Shown one piece after another: positions 41,095 through 52,729 of a stretch of 64,000 bases of DNA. Position 1 is the first letter of the stretch. Each line of letters opens with the position of its first letter. Origin of the DNA: Mobula hypostoma (lineage: Eukaryota); NCBI RefSeq assembly GCF_963921235.1, contig NC_086100.1:202308001-202372000 (forward strand), in the 5' to 3' direction. A program made the translations under genes and the position numbers. The notes under the pieces were generated by a model, which worked only from the letters and a program-made list of their open reading frames with translations, ran no database searches and was not told where the DNA came from.

Positions 41095-43085
41095 TGTGTG
41101 AGAGTGGACAGAGGTTTGTGAGTGGACAGGGCTATGTGAGTAACGGGAGAGTGAGAGTGGACGGGGGTGTGAGAGTGGACAGAGGTGTGTGAGTGGACGG
41201 GTATGTGAGTAACGGGGGTGTGAGAGTGGACGGGGGTGTGAGAGTGGACGGGTGTGAGAGTGGACAGAGGTGTGAGAGTGGACGGGTGTGAGAGTGGACG
41301 GGGGTGTGTGAGATTGGACGGGGGTGTGAGTGGACGGGTGTGTGAGAGTGGACGGGTGTGAGAGTGGACAGGGGGGAGAGTGGACAGAGGTGTGAGATTG
41401 TACAGAGGTCTGAGAGTGGACGGGGGTGTGAGAGTGGACAGGTGTGGGAGTGGACGGGGGTGTGAGAGTGGACAGGGGTGTGAGATTGGACAGAGGTATG
41501 AGAGTGAGAGAGCTGGGAGAGTGGACAGAGGTGTGACAGTGGACGGGTGTGAGAGTGGACGGGGGGTGAGATTGGACGGGGGTGTGAGTGGACGGGGGGG
41601 TGAGAGTGGACAGAGGTGTGAGAGTGAATGGGGGTGTGAGAGTGGACAGAGGTGTGAGAGTGGACAGGGGTGTGAGAGTGGACAGAGGTGTGAGAGTGGA
41701 CAGGGGTGTGAGAGTGGACAGAGGTGTTAGAGTGGACAGGGGTGTGAGAGTGGACAGAGGTGTGAGAGTGGACAGAGGTGGGAGAGTGGAGAGAGCTGGG
41801 AGAGTGGACAGAGGTGTGAGAGTGGACGGGGGTGTGAGAGTGGACAGGGGTGTGAGAGTGGAGAGAGCTGTGTGAGTGACGGGGGTGTGAGAGTGGACGG
41901 GGGTGTGTGAGTGACGGGGGTGTGTGAGTGGACAGGGGTGTGAGAGTGGAGAGAGTTGTGAGAGTGGACGGGGGTGTGTGAGTGACGGGGGTGTGAGAGT
42001 GGACGGGGGTGTGAGAGTGGACAGGGATGTGAGAGTGGAGAGAGCTGTGAGAGTGGACAGGGGTGTGTGCGTGACGGGGAAGTGAGTGAGAGTGGACGGG
42101 GGTGTGAGAGTGGACGGGAGTTTGTGAGTGGACAGGGGTGTGAGAGTGGACAGAGGTGTGAGAGTGGACGGGGGTGTGAGAGTGGACAGAGGTGTGAGAG
42201 TGGACGGGGGTGTGAGAGTGGACGGGGGTGTGTGAGTGGACGGGCTGTGAGAGTGGATGAGGGTGTGTGAGTGGACAGAGGTGTGAGAGTGGACGGGAGT
42301 TTGTGAGTGGACGGGGGTGTGAGAGTGGATGGGGGTGTGTGAGTGGACGGGGGTGTGAGAGTGGACAGAGGTGTGAGAGTGGACGGGGGTGTGAGAGTGG
42401 ATGGGAGTGTGTGAGTGACGGGGGTGTGAGAGTGGACAGAGGTGTGAGAGTGGACGGGGGTGTGAGTTTGGATGGGGGTGTGAGAGTGGACGGGGGTGTG
42501 AGAGTGGATGGGAGTGTGTGAGTGACGGGGGTGTGAGAGTGGACGGGGGTGTGAGAGTGGACAGAGGTGTGAGAGTGGACGGGGGTGTGAGAGTGGATGG
42601 GGGTGTGTGAGTGACGGGGGTGTGAGAGTGGACGGGGGTGTGAGAGTGGATGGGAGTGTGTGAGTGACGGGGGTGTGAGAGTGGACGGGGGTGTGAGAGT
42701 GGACAGAGGTGTGAGAGTGGACGGGGGTGTGAGAGTGGATGGGGGTGTGTGAGTGACGGGGGTGTGAGAGTGGACGGGGGTGTGAGAGTGGACAGAGGTG
42801 TGAGAGTGGACGGGGGTGTGAGTTTGGATGGGGGTGTGAGAGTGGACGGGGGTGTGAGAGTGGATGGGAGTGTGTGAGTGACGGGGGTGTGAGAGTGGAC
42901 GGGGGTGTGAGAGTGGACAGAGGTGTGAGAGTGGACGGGGGTGTGAGAGTGGATGGGGGTGTGTGAGTGACGGGGGTGTGAGAGTGGATGGGGGTGTGAG
43001 AGTGGACGGGGGTGTGAGAGTGGAGAGAGCTGGGAGAGTGAACAGGTATGAGAGTGGCTAGAGGTGTGAGAGTGGACAGGGGTGG
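41095..43085. repeat. G-rich 18-20-bp minisatellite (GAGAGTGGACGGGGGTGT / GAGAGTGGACAGAGGTGT)
   Basis: About 2 kb of tandem units with strong G/C strand asymmetry. Confidence 0.97.
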
Positions 43086-43129
43086 GATCACTCTGCTATG
43101 GAGAGGGGAGACTGACTTTCCACATATGG

Positions 43130-43757
43130 ATTGTCACCAACAGTAGCTTATCACTAAGGGGACCCTCTTCAAGGGAACGACCAGCCAGGCAAGGGTCGAC
43201 ACACCAGTAGATTCCACATGGTTACCCCAAACACACAACGTGATCGCCACTTATCCAGTTCCACGACATACAAATAACTCCACCAGTGATTTGCCACAGG
43301 GGTGCCTTTCTTCAGTGAACTACCACACCCAGACAAAGGGTAAATACATGTGGTATTCAGAAAGGTTTTCCCCTCACCAGAGAACCCACTCCTGTGGATT
43401 AACTATGTGACAATCACACTTTCATAGTTGAATGGAAACAAACTCACCCTCACGGGCTACTTGGAGAGAGTCCAAACAGTGACCTTTTTGTCACTAGGTT
43501 TCTTCTGTTTCAAACCTATCTCTCCTCTCTTCTCTTCCTGCAATCTTGTTCTAGTTGCAGAATAACTTGTGAAAGTCATTTATCAATACTCAGGATCGAT
43601 CTCAACTCGCCCCTTTTTGGCTACTGAAAGTTTAAACCAGCGACCGACTGGCTGGTGTCTTCCATTGACCGAATCCATCTTGACTAACTGTGTCCTTGTA
43701 TATTCAAAACACGCTGCAGAGAAACCATAACATCTATTGTCCATCAAATAACTCCAC

Positions 43758-43795
<38 letters not shown>

Positions 43796-43811
43796 CCTCT
43801 CTCTCTCTCGC

Positions 43812-43852
<41 letters not shown>

Positions 43853-43971
43853 CACTCTCTCGCTCTCTCTCTCTCTGGAGCAGCTCAAACAGCGTCCAAA
43901 AGTCAGTCTCATTCTCCCGGCATTTTAAACTGACAGTCCACAGAAAATATGAACCCTAGGGGTACATAACA
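43130..43971 (-). mobile_element. Possible LTR fragment
   Basis: Right end ...ggggtacataaca reads TGTTATGTACCCC on the minus strand, like other LTR termini here. Left boundary and TSD not found. Confidence 0.3.
43758..43875. repeat. (CT)n microsatellite
   Basis: Imperfect CT dinucleotide run. Confidence 0.95.
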
Positions 43972-43999
43972 ATGGGCTCAGAGCTAATCGACAGTAATG

Positions 44000-46038
44000 T
44001 GATTTTCAAGAAGGAAATCTCATACCGTGGGCATGTGATCAACAAGGATGGCTTACACATGTCACATGCTTAAGGCACCACCACCTGAAAATGAGTCTCA
44101 GCTGAGAGCATATCTTGGTCTAGTGAACTACTACCACAAGTTCTTGCCTAACCTATCCACGGTCCTAAACCCACTAAATGCACTATTACAGACAGAGACA
44201 GAGTGGAAATGGACTGAGAGCTGTGAGAAAGCATTTCAAGAAACTAAAAGACTCATAACTTCAGAGGGGGTGCTCGCGCATTTTGACCCCTCCTTACCTA
44301 TCCGACTGGCTTGTGATGCCTCACCCCACGGGATAGGAGCTGTGTTATCGCACAAGTTTCCAGATGGTTCAGAAAGACCAATAGCCTTTGCCTCAAGAAC
44401 GCTAACTTCAGCTGAACGCAACTACGCACAGATTGACAGAGAGGCCCTAAGCCTCGTGCGGGGACTCAAGTAATTTAGTCAATACCTGTATGGCCGAAAG
44501 TTTACTCTGTTGACTGACCGTCAGCCTCTCGTGTCAATCTTCAACCCAAGAAAAGGCGTTCCAGTGAATACAGCACAAAGGCTGCAGCGATGGTCTCTTT
44601 TCTTAAGAGGTCACAGGTATGACATTGAACACAAGGGGACCAAGCAACATGGCAATGCAGATGGTTTGTCACGTCTACCACTGCTGACTTCTGAGATAAC
44701 TACACAAATGGATTCAGCAGGTCTTTCACACAACAATAGTTGAACAATTACCAGTGACAAACAGCCTCATTGAAAGGGAAACACGCAATGACCCTATGTT
44801 GTCAAAAGTGTATGACATCATGATAAAGGGATGGCCAACGCGGGGTAACACACTGTTTCCAGCCTTCTCAGCGAGGAAGGAGCAGTTGTCAGTGTGTCGG
44901 GGAAGACTAATGTGAGGCTCACGAGTTGTGATTCCTCCCAAGCTACGCACCAGAGTGCTGGAGGAACTGCACAAGGGGCACCTGGGTACCATGAAGATGA
45001 AAGGTCTTGCCCGTGCCTATGTGTGGTGGCCAGGAATCGATAAACAGATTGAGGACTTGACCAAGAACTGCTCTGGATGTCAAAAGCTCCAGAACACACC
45101 ACCACAAGCCCCTCTCCATTCATGGGAGCGGCCCTCGTCACCATGGCAACGGGTGCACATCGACTTTGCTGGACCATTCATGGACTCTATTATTTTAATC
45201 GCCGTCGATGCACATTCCAAATGGCCAGAGGTCATCAAAATGAAGACAACCACATCGGAAAAGACCATTACAGTTCTGAGGGCTATGTTTGCCAGGAATG
45301 GCATACCAGAACAAATCTGCACAGACAATGGACGACAATTTGTCTCTGAAGAATTCCAAAGTTTTGTGAAGAACAATGGAATCAGGCACTTTACAGCGGC
45401 CCCTTACCATCCATCCACAAATGGCTCGGCAGAAAGATTTGTGCAGACATTCAAGAAAGCCATCAAGGCAATGGACAGCAAAAATTGACCACTGCAACAC
45501 AAGATAGACAGCTTCCTCCTTGCCTATTGTAATACAGTACATGCAACCACTAATCAGGCTCCAGCGATGATGTTTCTGAGTGGGAACCTCAGGTCCCACA
45601 TGGATCTTCTCAAATCAGATGCATGGCATGATGTGGAGAACAGACAGTTCAAACACTTGAATGCTAATTCAACAGGGAGTTTCAGTGTGGGACAGTCAGT
45701 TCTTGCAGGTGATTACTGGACTGAAAAGTGGCAGCCGGGTACAATTTCCACCATAGAAGGGCCACTGGTGTACACAGTGGAGGTGGGAGAGAACGTATGG
45801 AGACGTCATGCGGACCAAATCCTGGATGCTCAGGTGAAAAACACAACAGCACCTTGCCCGGACTCCCCTGACATAGAAGCAAACACTCCTGATGTGACCA
45901 CATCAGCCTCATCTACAGATAAGCCTGTCATCAGTGCTGAGGACCCACCTGATGTACCAGAGGAGACTCATTCCCCAAAGCAAACGTTTCAGGACAGACG
46001 TTACCCGGAGAGGCAGAGAAGAGCCCCCCCAGAGACTT
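44000..46038 (+). pseudogene. Gypsy/Ty3 pol remnant (RT C-terminus, RNase H, integrase)
   Basis: Motifs LRAYLGLVNYY, ACDASPHGIGAVL, NYAQIDREAL, HGNADGLSRLP, LHKGHLG..VWWPGID..CSGC, RVHIDFAGP, TDNG, YHPSTNGSAERFVQT. Interrupted by stops and frameshifts. Confidence 0.93.
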
Positions 46039-46239
46039 GAGTTCTAAATGGGTCTTAGAGCAAAAGTAAAAAAAAAGAGAAAGAGAAGGTTTGTTATAAT
46101 TTGATATTATTAAGTTACTTTGTTATAATTTGTAAACAAATGGTAGGTGTTTGTATGTTAAGGGTAAATATATTTGTTTAGCATAGTGCCCCAGTTAAAA
46201 AAAGACAGTTGATACACTATTAAAATAAAAGGGGAGGAG

Positions 46240-46437
46240 TGTACCATATAGCCTACATTATAATAAGGGACTACTTTATGTTTTAGTAACACGTTGTTGC
46301 ATGCGTTATTAGGCACGTATTGATCCGTATGTGTGTGTCAAGTCCGGATTCTACCAGTAAAGAATCATGAAACTTAGTTCCCATCTCCAGTGTTTTTATT
46401 AATAACATAGTTGTGTAAACAGGCCACATACACAACA
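46240..46437 (+). mobile_element. 3' LTR of the plus-strand Gypsy element
   Basis: Preceded by polypurine tract aaaaggggaggag. Begins TGT and ends ACA. Confidence 0.7.
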
Positions 46438-47282
46438 ATTCCTTTGGCTGTCTTCCTCCTTTCTTGAGGAGTAGAGTGTCATTTGCAATTTTCCAGTCCT
46501 CTGGCAATGATTGTTGAAAGAACATTACTAATACCTCTACAATCTCTGCCGCTACCTCTTTCAAAATTCTAGGGTGAAGGTCATCTGGTCCAGGTGACTT
46601 TGTACCCTTGGGTCTTTCAGCTTTTTGAGCACCTTCTCCCTTGTAATTGTAACTGCACTCACTTCTCTTCCCTCACACCCTTCAACATCTGGCACACTGC
46701 TGGTGTCTTCCACAGTGAAGACTGATGCAAAATACTTATTAATTCATCTGCCATCTCCTTGTCTCCTGTTATTATTTCTCTGGCCTCATTTTCTAGCAGT
46801 CCTATATCCACTCTCATTTCTCTTTTATTTTTCACATACTTGAAAAAGCTTTTACTATCCACTTTGATATTGTTTGCTAGCTTGCTTTCATATTTCATCT
46901 TTTTCTACCTAATGACTCTTCTAGTTCTCTCTGTAACATTTTAAAAACTTCCCAATCCTCTGTCTTCCAACTAATTTTTGCTTTTAGATTAGCTTTGACT
47001 TCCCTTGACAGCCACGGTTGTACTATTTTGCCATATGAGTATTTCTTCATTTTTGGAATACACGTGTCCTGCACCTTCCTCATTTTCCCCAGAAACGCGC
47101 ACCATTGCTGCTCTGCTGACATCCCTGCCAGCAGCTCCTTCCAATTTACTTTGGCCAACTTCTCTCTCATACCACTGTAATTTCCTTTACTCCACTGAAA
47201 TACTGCTATATCAGACATACTTTCTCCTTATCAAATTTCAATTTAAACTCATTTATATTGTGATCACTTCCTCCGAAGGGTT
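46438..47282 (-). mobile_element. Older CR1 LINE ORF2 fragment (3' part)
   Basis: Minus-strand peptides KGNYSGMREKLAKVNW, LANNIKVDSKSFFKYV, PEDWKIAN. Degenerate. Confidence 0.8.
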
Positions 47283-48370
47283 ATAGAAACATAGAAAATA
47301 GGTGCAGGAGTAGGCCATTCGGCCCTTCGAGCCTGCACCGCCATTCAGTATGATCATGGCTGATCATCCAACTCAGAACCCTGTACCAGCCTTTCCTCCA
47401 TACCCCCTGATCCCTTTAGCCACAAGGGCCATATCTAACTCCCTTTTAAATATAGCCAATGAACTGGCCTCAACTGTTTCCAGTGGCAGAGAATTCCACA
47501 GATTCACCACTCTCTGTGTAAAGAAGTTTTTCCTAATCTCGGTCCTAAAAGGCTTCCCTTTTATCCTCAAACTGTGACCCCTCGTTCTGGACTTCCCCAA
47601 CATCGGGAGCAATCTTCCTGCATCTAGCCTGTCCAATCCCTTTAGGATTTTATACGTTTCAATAAGATCCTCCCCTTAATCTTCTAAATTCCAATGAATA
47701 TAAGCCTAGTTGATCCAGTCTTTCATCATATGAAAGTCCTGCCATCCCAGGAATCAATCTGGTGAACCTTCTTTGTACTCCCTCTATGGCAAGGATGTCT
47801 TTCCTCAGATTAGGGGACCAAAACTGCACACAATACTCCAGGTGTGGTCTCACCAAGGCCTTGTACAACTGCAGTAGTACCTCCCTGCTCTTGTACTTGA
47901 ATCCTCTTGCTATGAATGCCAGCATACCATTCGCCTTTTTCACCGCCTGCTGTACCTGCATGCCCACTTTCAATGACTGGTGTACAATGACACCCAGGTC
48001 TCGTTGCACCTCCCCTTTTCCTAATCGGCCACCATTCAGATAATAATCTGTTTTCCTGTTTTTGCCACCAAAGTGGATAACCTCACATTTATCCACATTA
48101 AATTGCATTTGCCATGAATTTGCCCACTCACCTAACTTATCCAAGTCACCCTGCATCCTCTTAGCATCCTCCTCACAGCTAACACTGCCGCCCAGCTTCG
48201 TGTCATCCGCAAACTTGGAGATGCTGCATTTAATTCCCTCATCTAAGTCATTAATATATATTGTAAACAACTGGGGTCCCAGCACTGAGCCTTGCGGTAC
48301 CCCACTCGTCACTGCCTGCCATTCTGAAAAGGTCCTGTTTATTCCCACTCTTTGCTTCCTGTCTGCCAAC
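47283..48370 (-). mobile_element. Younger 5'-truncated CR1 LINE (RT C-terminus, 3' UTR, tail) inserted in the older CR1
   Basis: VTSGVPQGSVLGP, KFADDTKL, LEYCVQFWSP, FFTQRVVNLWNSLP. Tail atagaaacatagaaa. Confidence 0.93.
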
Positions 48371-48374
48371 TCAA

Positions 48375-49117
48375 TTTACCTTAAGCTTCCTAATCACCCC
48401 CGGTTCATTTCATAACAGCCAATGCAGTATAGCTGATCCCTGGTATGCTGAATGACAAACTGCTTTAAAAACCGATCTCATAGCCATTCAACAAACTCAC
48501 TTTCTTGGGATCCATTTCCAACCTGGCTTTCCCAATCAACCTGCATATTGAAATCTCTATCATAACATTGCCCTTTTGACACGCGTTTTCTATTTCCTGG
48601 TGTAATTTGCGATGCACATCCCAGCCACAGTTGGGAGGCCTGCAGAATCACTGCCATCAACGTCTCTTTACCCTTGCAGTTTCTTAACTCAACCCACAAG
48701 GATTCAACATCTTCTGATCCTGTGTCACATATTTCTAATGATTTGATGCCATTCTTTACCAGTAGAGCCAGACCACCCCCTCTGCCTACCTTCCTATTCC
48801 TCTGATACAATGTGTAACCTTGGACATTCAGCTCCCAACTACAACCACCCTTCAGCCATGATTCAGTGATGGTCACAACATCATACCTGACAATCTGTAA
48901 AAGTGCAACAAGACCATCCACCTTATTTCTTATACTCTGTGCATTGAGGTATCACACTTTGAGTGCTGTATTTGCTACCCTTTTTGATTCTGCATTCCTA
49001 AGGCCATCATCTACCTGCCCTTCCTGACAGCCTGACTGCAGATTATCTTTGCTTTTTGACCATCCATATGATCCTGGGTCCCTTCACTCCGGTTCCCAAC
49101 CCCTGCCAAATTAGTTT
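48375..49117 (-). mobile_element. Older CR1 LINE, endonuclease-region fragment
   Basis: YDVVTITESWL, GRGGGLALLVK, VESLWVELRN, DFN. Joins the 47282 flank once the insert is removed. Confidence 0.85.
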
Positions 49118-49119
49118 AG

Positions 49120-50030
49120 AGAGTCATAGGTGTAAAGCGAGTGGAGCGGGGGATTGGCACACAGTCCTTCGTGCACCTGCGTTGAGGTAATGAAGGAAAT
49201 GTTGTTCTACAATTAAGGAAATTCAGGATCCAATGCACAAGGAGGTACTGAGGCCAAGGTCTTGGAGCTTATTAATTAGTTTTGAGGGAATGATGGTATT
49301 GAATATTGAGCTTTAGTTGATGAAGGTCAACCTTCGCTGTCCAGATGGTCCAGGATTGAGCCAATGAAATGGCATGTGCTGTGGACCTGTTGCTACTGCA
49401 GGAAAATTGGTGTGGATCCAGGCTGCGTCTCAGGGAGGAGCTGATATGTTTCATCACCGACCTCTCAAAGCACTTCACTGTAGTTCAACTTGCTGTCTCG
49501 CCAGGGCACAGATTTAAGGTGCTTGCAAGCAGGTACAGAGGAGATGTCAGGGGTAAGTTTTTTATGCAGAGAGTGGTGAGTGCGTGGAACGGGCTGCTGG
49601 CGACAGTGGTAGAGGTGGATACGACAGGGTCTCTTAAGAGACTCCTGGATAGGTACTTGGAGCTCAGAAAAATAGAGGGCTATGGGTAACCCTAGGTAAT
49701 TTTTAAAGTAAATACGTGCTTGGCACAGCATTGTGGGCTGAAGGGCCTGTATTGTGCTGTAGGTTTTCTACGTTTCTATGATAGTCATTGAGGAGGGAGG
49801 TCACCATAGTCTTCTTAGGCAGCAGTGTAACTGAAGCCTACTTGAAGCAGGTGGGTACCTCAGACTGCCGAAGCAAAGGGTTAAAGATATGAGTGAACAC
49901 ACCAGCCAGTTGGTTGGTGCAGGTCTTCAATATGTGGCCAGGTACCTCATCTTGTCCAGATGCTTTCTGTGGATTCGCCCTGCTGAAGGCAACCGTTACA
50001 TCAGCTTCAGAGACTGAGATCGCTGGATCA
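49120..50030 (-). mobile_element. Rex1/Babar-like LINE RT fragments, interrupted by a CR1 tail
   Basis: MKCFERSVMKHI..LDPHQF and KASGQDEVPGHILKTCTNQLAGVFTHIFN..VPTCFK. Confidence 0.75.
49505..49780 (+). mobile_element. CR1 3'-end fragment
   Basis: GHRFKV..FFMQRVVSAWNGL. Ends tttctacgtttctatg. Confidence 0.8.
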
Positions 50031-50034
50031 TCAG

Positions 50035-50430
50035 GGGACGTCCTGAGGCAGATCAGGGTGCATAAATCCCCAGGGCCCGACAAGGTGTTTTCTTGAAACC
50101 TACAGAAGGCAAGTGCAGAAACTGCCTGGGCCCCTAGCAGAGATATTTATATCATACTTACTGACAGGTGGGGTACTAGAGGATTGGAGCATAGCCAATG
50201 TTGTTCTGCTGTTCAAGAAAAGCACTAAATTTAAACCAGTAGATTATAGGCCAGTGAGCCTGACTTCAGTTGTGGGAAACTCGTAGGAAGGTATGCTAAG
50301 CAACCAGATATAAGTATTTGGATAGACATGGACTGATTAAGGATAATCAGCATGGCTTTGTGTGTGGTAGGTCATGTCTAACAGAGTTTTGCGAGGAAGT
50401 TGCCAGGAAAGGCAGTGGATGCTGTTTACG
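50035..50430 (+). mobile_element. CR1 ORF2 internal fragment
   Basis: HKSPGPDKV, YRPVSLTSVVGK, QHGFVCGRSCLT. Confidence 0.75.
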
Positions 50431-50530
50431 TAACCCTCTCATTGGGCTTGTATGCAAACATGGCTCAGCACTGAGCTCCATGGAGTACATGACTCAATGA
50501 TGAGAAGGCCGCTTTTCACAAACAATATAT

Positions 50531-51447
50531 TGTTACGTGGTTGGCAACAGTGAATATAGAATTGAGTCCAGTTTTATAAACAAAGATAAAATTTATTAAA
50601 CTCTGCTCAACAATAGTGAAGAGTAAACAAATGACTAAGTTAACCGGAAATTAACTGCTATACGGCAATTTAACAAACAGCTGAACTCTGGAACAGTTCT
50701 TAAAGTGGTAAATTCAAAAGTCCAAGTGATTTATACAGTCAGTATGGACAGACTTCCCTGAAGTTGATTTCTTCAAAGACGTGACATTACTGCTGATCCC
50801 AGCCGAGAGATGCCTTGTCCAAAGGATTCACGACGAAGGAAATAAAACAGCTTAAAGGAACTGACCTTTTTGCTGGAGGGTGAACAGTGCACAAACCTTC
50901 CTGATCTTGCAGGGGTTATCTCAGATGCGGGCCACTATTCCTGAATGAAGATTCAATAAGGTGGATCCTTTATAAAACTGCTGAACGACACCAACTTTAC
51001 TCAATCCTTCAGGTTCCTGTAGTTCGGTAAGGTCTTCACTCTCCAATACTAGACTGTAAAGGTAAAACAAAGGTGCCAAAAACAAGAACTGGCAGCAATT
51101 GGTGAAACTGCCGGTACAACGTGTTTGTACCTTGCAATAGAAAGTAAAAACTCCACTTTGAAATGAAACTGTGTCATGAGACGAATACGCAGCAAAATTA
51201 ACTAATGAACTAACTAACAAATTAACTGACAAACTAACTGCGTGACAACAGGGGTTTCCCCTTATATCCCTGTTGGAACAGGCCATCATGTGACCTCACA
51301 CTGGTGGGAAAATTACATCATGTGACCTCACACTGGCGGGAAGATTACATCACCCCACTATCACATGACAATTACATCATGCTCACAAGATACTCAATTC
51401 CATCATGGTCATAATACAGTCACAAGATACCCACGAGGTATGTAACA
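50531..51447. mobile_element. Solo LTR (917 bp)
   Basis: Terminal inverted repeat TGTTAC...GTAACA. Near-TSD ATAT/GTAT. Internal short tandem duplications. Confidence 0.7.
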
Positions 51448-51519
51448 GTATGTCTAGGGCCAGTATGATCTGGGGTTCAGTCAAATGGAAACATGGTCAT
51501 GTTCCGATTAAAGAAACCT

Positions 51520-52114
51520 CTATTTGAACGAATGTTGTTTGATGATGGCTGGTTCTTCGCTTGTGAAGATCAGGAAGGAAGAAGAGTCCTCAGGAATGAC
51601 GGCACGATTGTTGGTGACTGCAGAGGCCAGTTCTAGATCTGCAGACTCTTCAGCTGTAGTGACACGGGATTAGCTGGGATGTGGGCGATTGGATAGTCGG
51701 ATCATTCCTGCATCTCCTCTTCTCTTCAGCAGTCGTTCTTCTGGATTCCTCAGAATTCTTGGCTGCTCCATGGATCAGCAATCTCCAGCGGTCTCTGTCA
51801 CAAGCCGGCTGCTGCCATTCATTGACCTCGATACTTGCCTGAGAGAGCTGCTACTGAAGTTGGTCTCTGTGTCTCCTGTGAGGGGCACCACGATCTCTCT
51901 TGCCCTGAGAGAGCTCTCCGTGGAGTACTGCTTTGGTAACCTGCAGTTGTCCATGCAAGACACATGGTCTGAGCAGCAAAGTGGCGGCAGTGCTTGGGAC
52001 TTGAGCCTCCTCCAGGATCTCGTCATTGGAGACGCAATCCTGCCAGCTGATACCCATGATGGAGCGGAGACAGTGCTGATGGAAGTGCTTGAGCAACTGG
52101 ACTTGCTTGTGGTA
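51520..52114 (-). mobile_element. RTE-clade LINE, 3' part (continues at 62820)
   Basis: LKHFHQHCLRSIMGISWQD..SNDEIL, RLPKQ, GELSQGKRDRGAP. Confidence 0.85.
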
Positions 52115-52702
52115 TGTAACTCTCGCCTCGGCTAGCGGCTTAATCTAGGGGATGATACCGCCCACCCCACCCCCCTGGCCCGGCCAAACTTTAGAAATCT
52201 CGTTTGGGTGGATGCTGCGTGATGTATCCCCTGTTACAAATCAGTACCACGAAATAACAAACAGTACACAATAGCTATTAAACAATTAAGCTTTATAATT
52301 CTTAATTTGACTATATGATTAGTGAAGAAACAAAAAAGAAAATGGGCCCATTCTCACGAAACAGTCTATTGTGCAATATTGGAGCTCACTGATAATCCGA
52401 TTGTTCTCCATCGACCCCCTCCGATCGTCGCTGACCTTCGGACCCTTGCTCCAAATCTACTCCATCCGGTGGTCTACCAACTCTCCATTCCCATCTTCAC
52501 TCCTCATCTCTCCCCAGCAAAAGACCCACGAATTCCTGGCTCCCAGACACACAAGAAAGAACAACGTCCTGCCCATTGGCTAGCATGCCCCGTTATCTCT
52601 AGTCATAACCCAAACATTGCTGCTACAGAGAAACCATTACCTTAGCAGTGGAACATTCAGACAGGCTATTACGTTAGCAGTGAAACCTTACAGCGTGTTA
52701 CA
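52115..52702 (-). repeat. 3' LTR
   Basis: Homologous to 62304-62819. Flanked by the polypurine tract ggggaggggagag on the minus strand. Confidence 0.9.
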
Positions 52703-52729
52703 CTCTCCCCTCCCCACCACCAAATTTAG

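Noticed and set aside
41380..43091. His/Pro/Thr-rich and VRVDRG ORFs
   Set aside because: Translations of the 18-bp minisatellite.
43583..43959. ER-repeat and SL-repeat ORFs
   Set aside because: Translations of the (CT)n microsatellite.
44048..45488. Domesticated integrase or intact pol gene
   Set aside because: In-frame stops, frameshifts and the adjacent PPT plus LTR mark it as a decayed Gypsy.
43130..46437. 43130-43971 as the 5' LTR of the plus-strand Gypsy
   Set aside because: No similarity to the 46240-46437 LTR, and no PBS or gag between it and pol.
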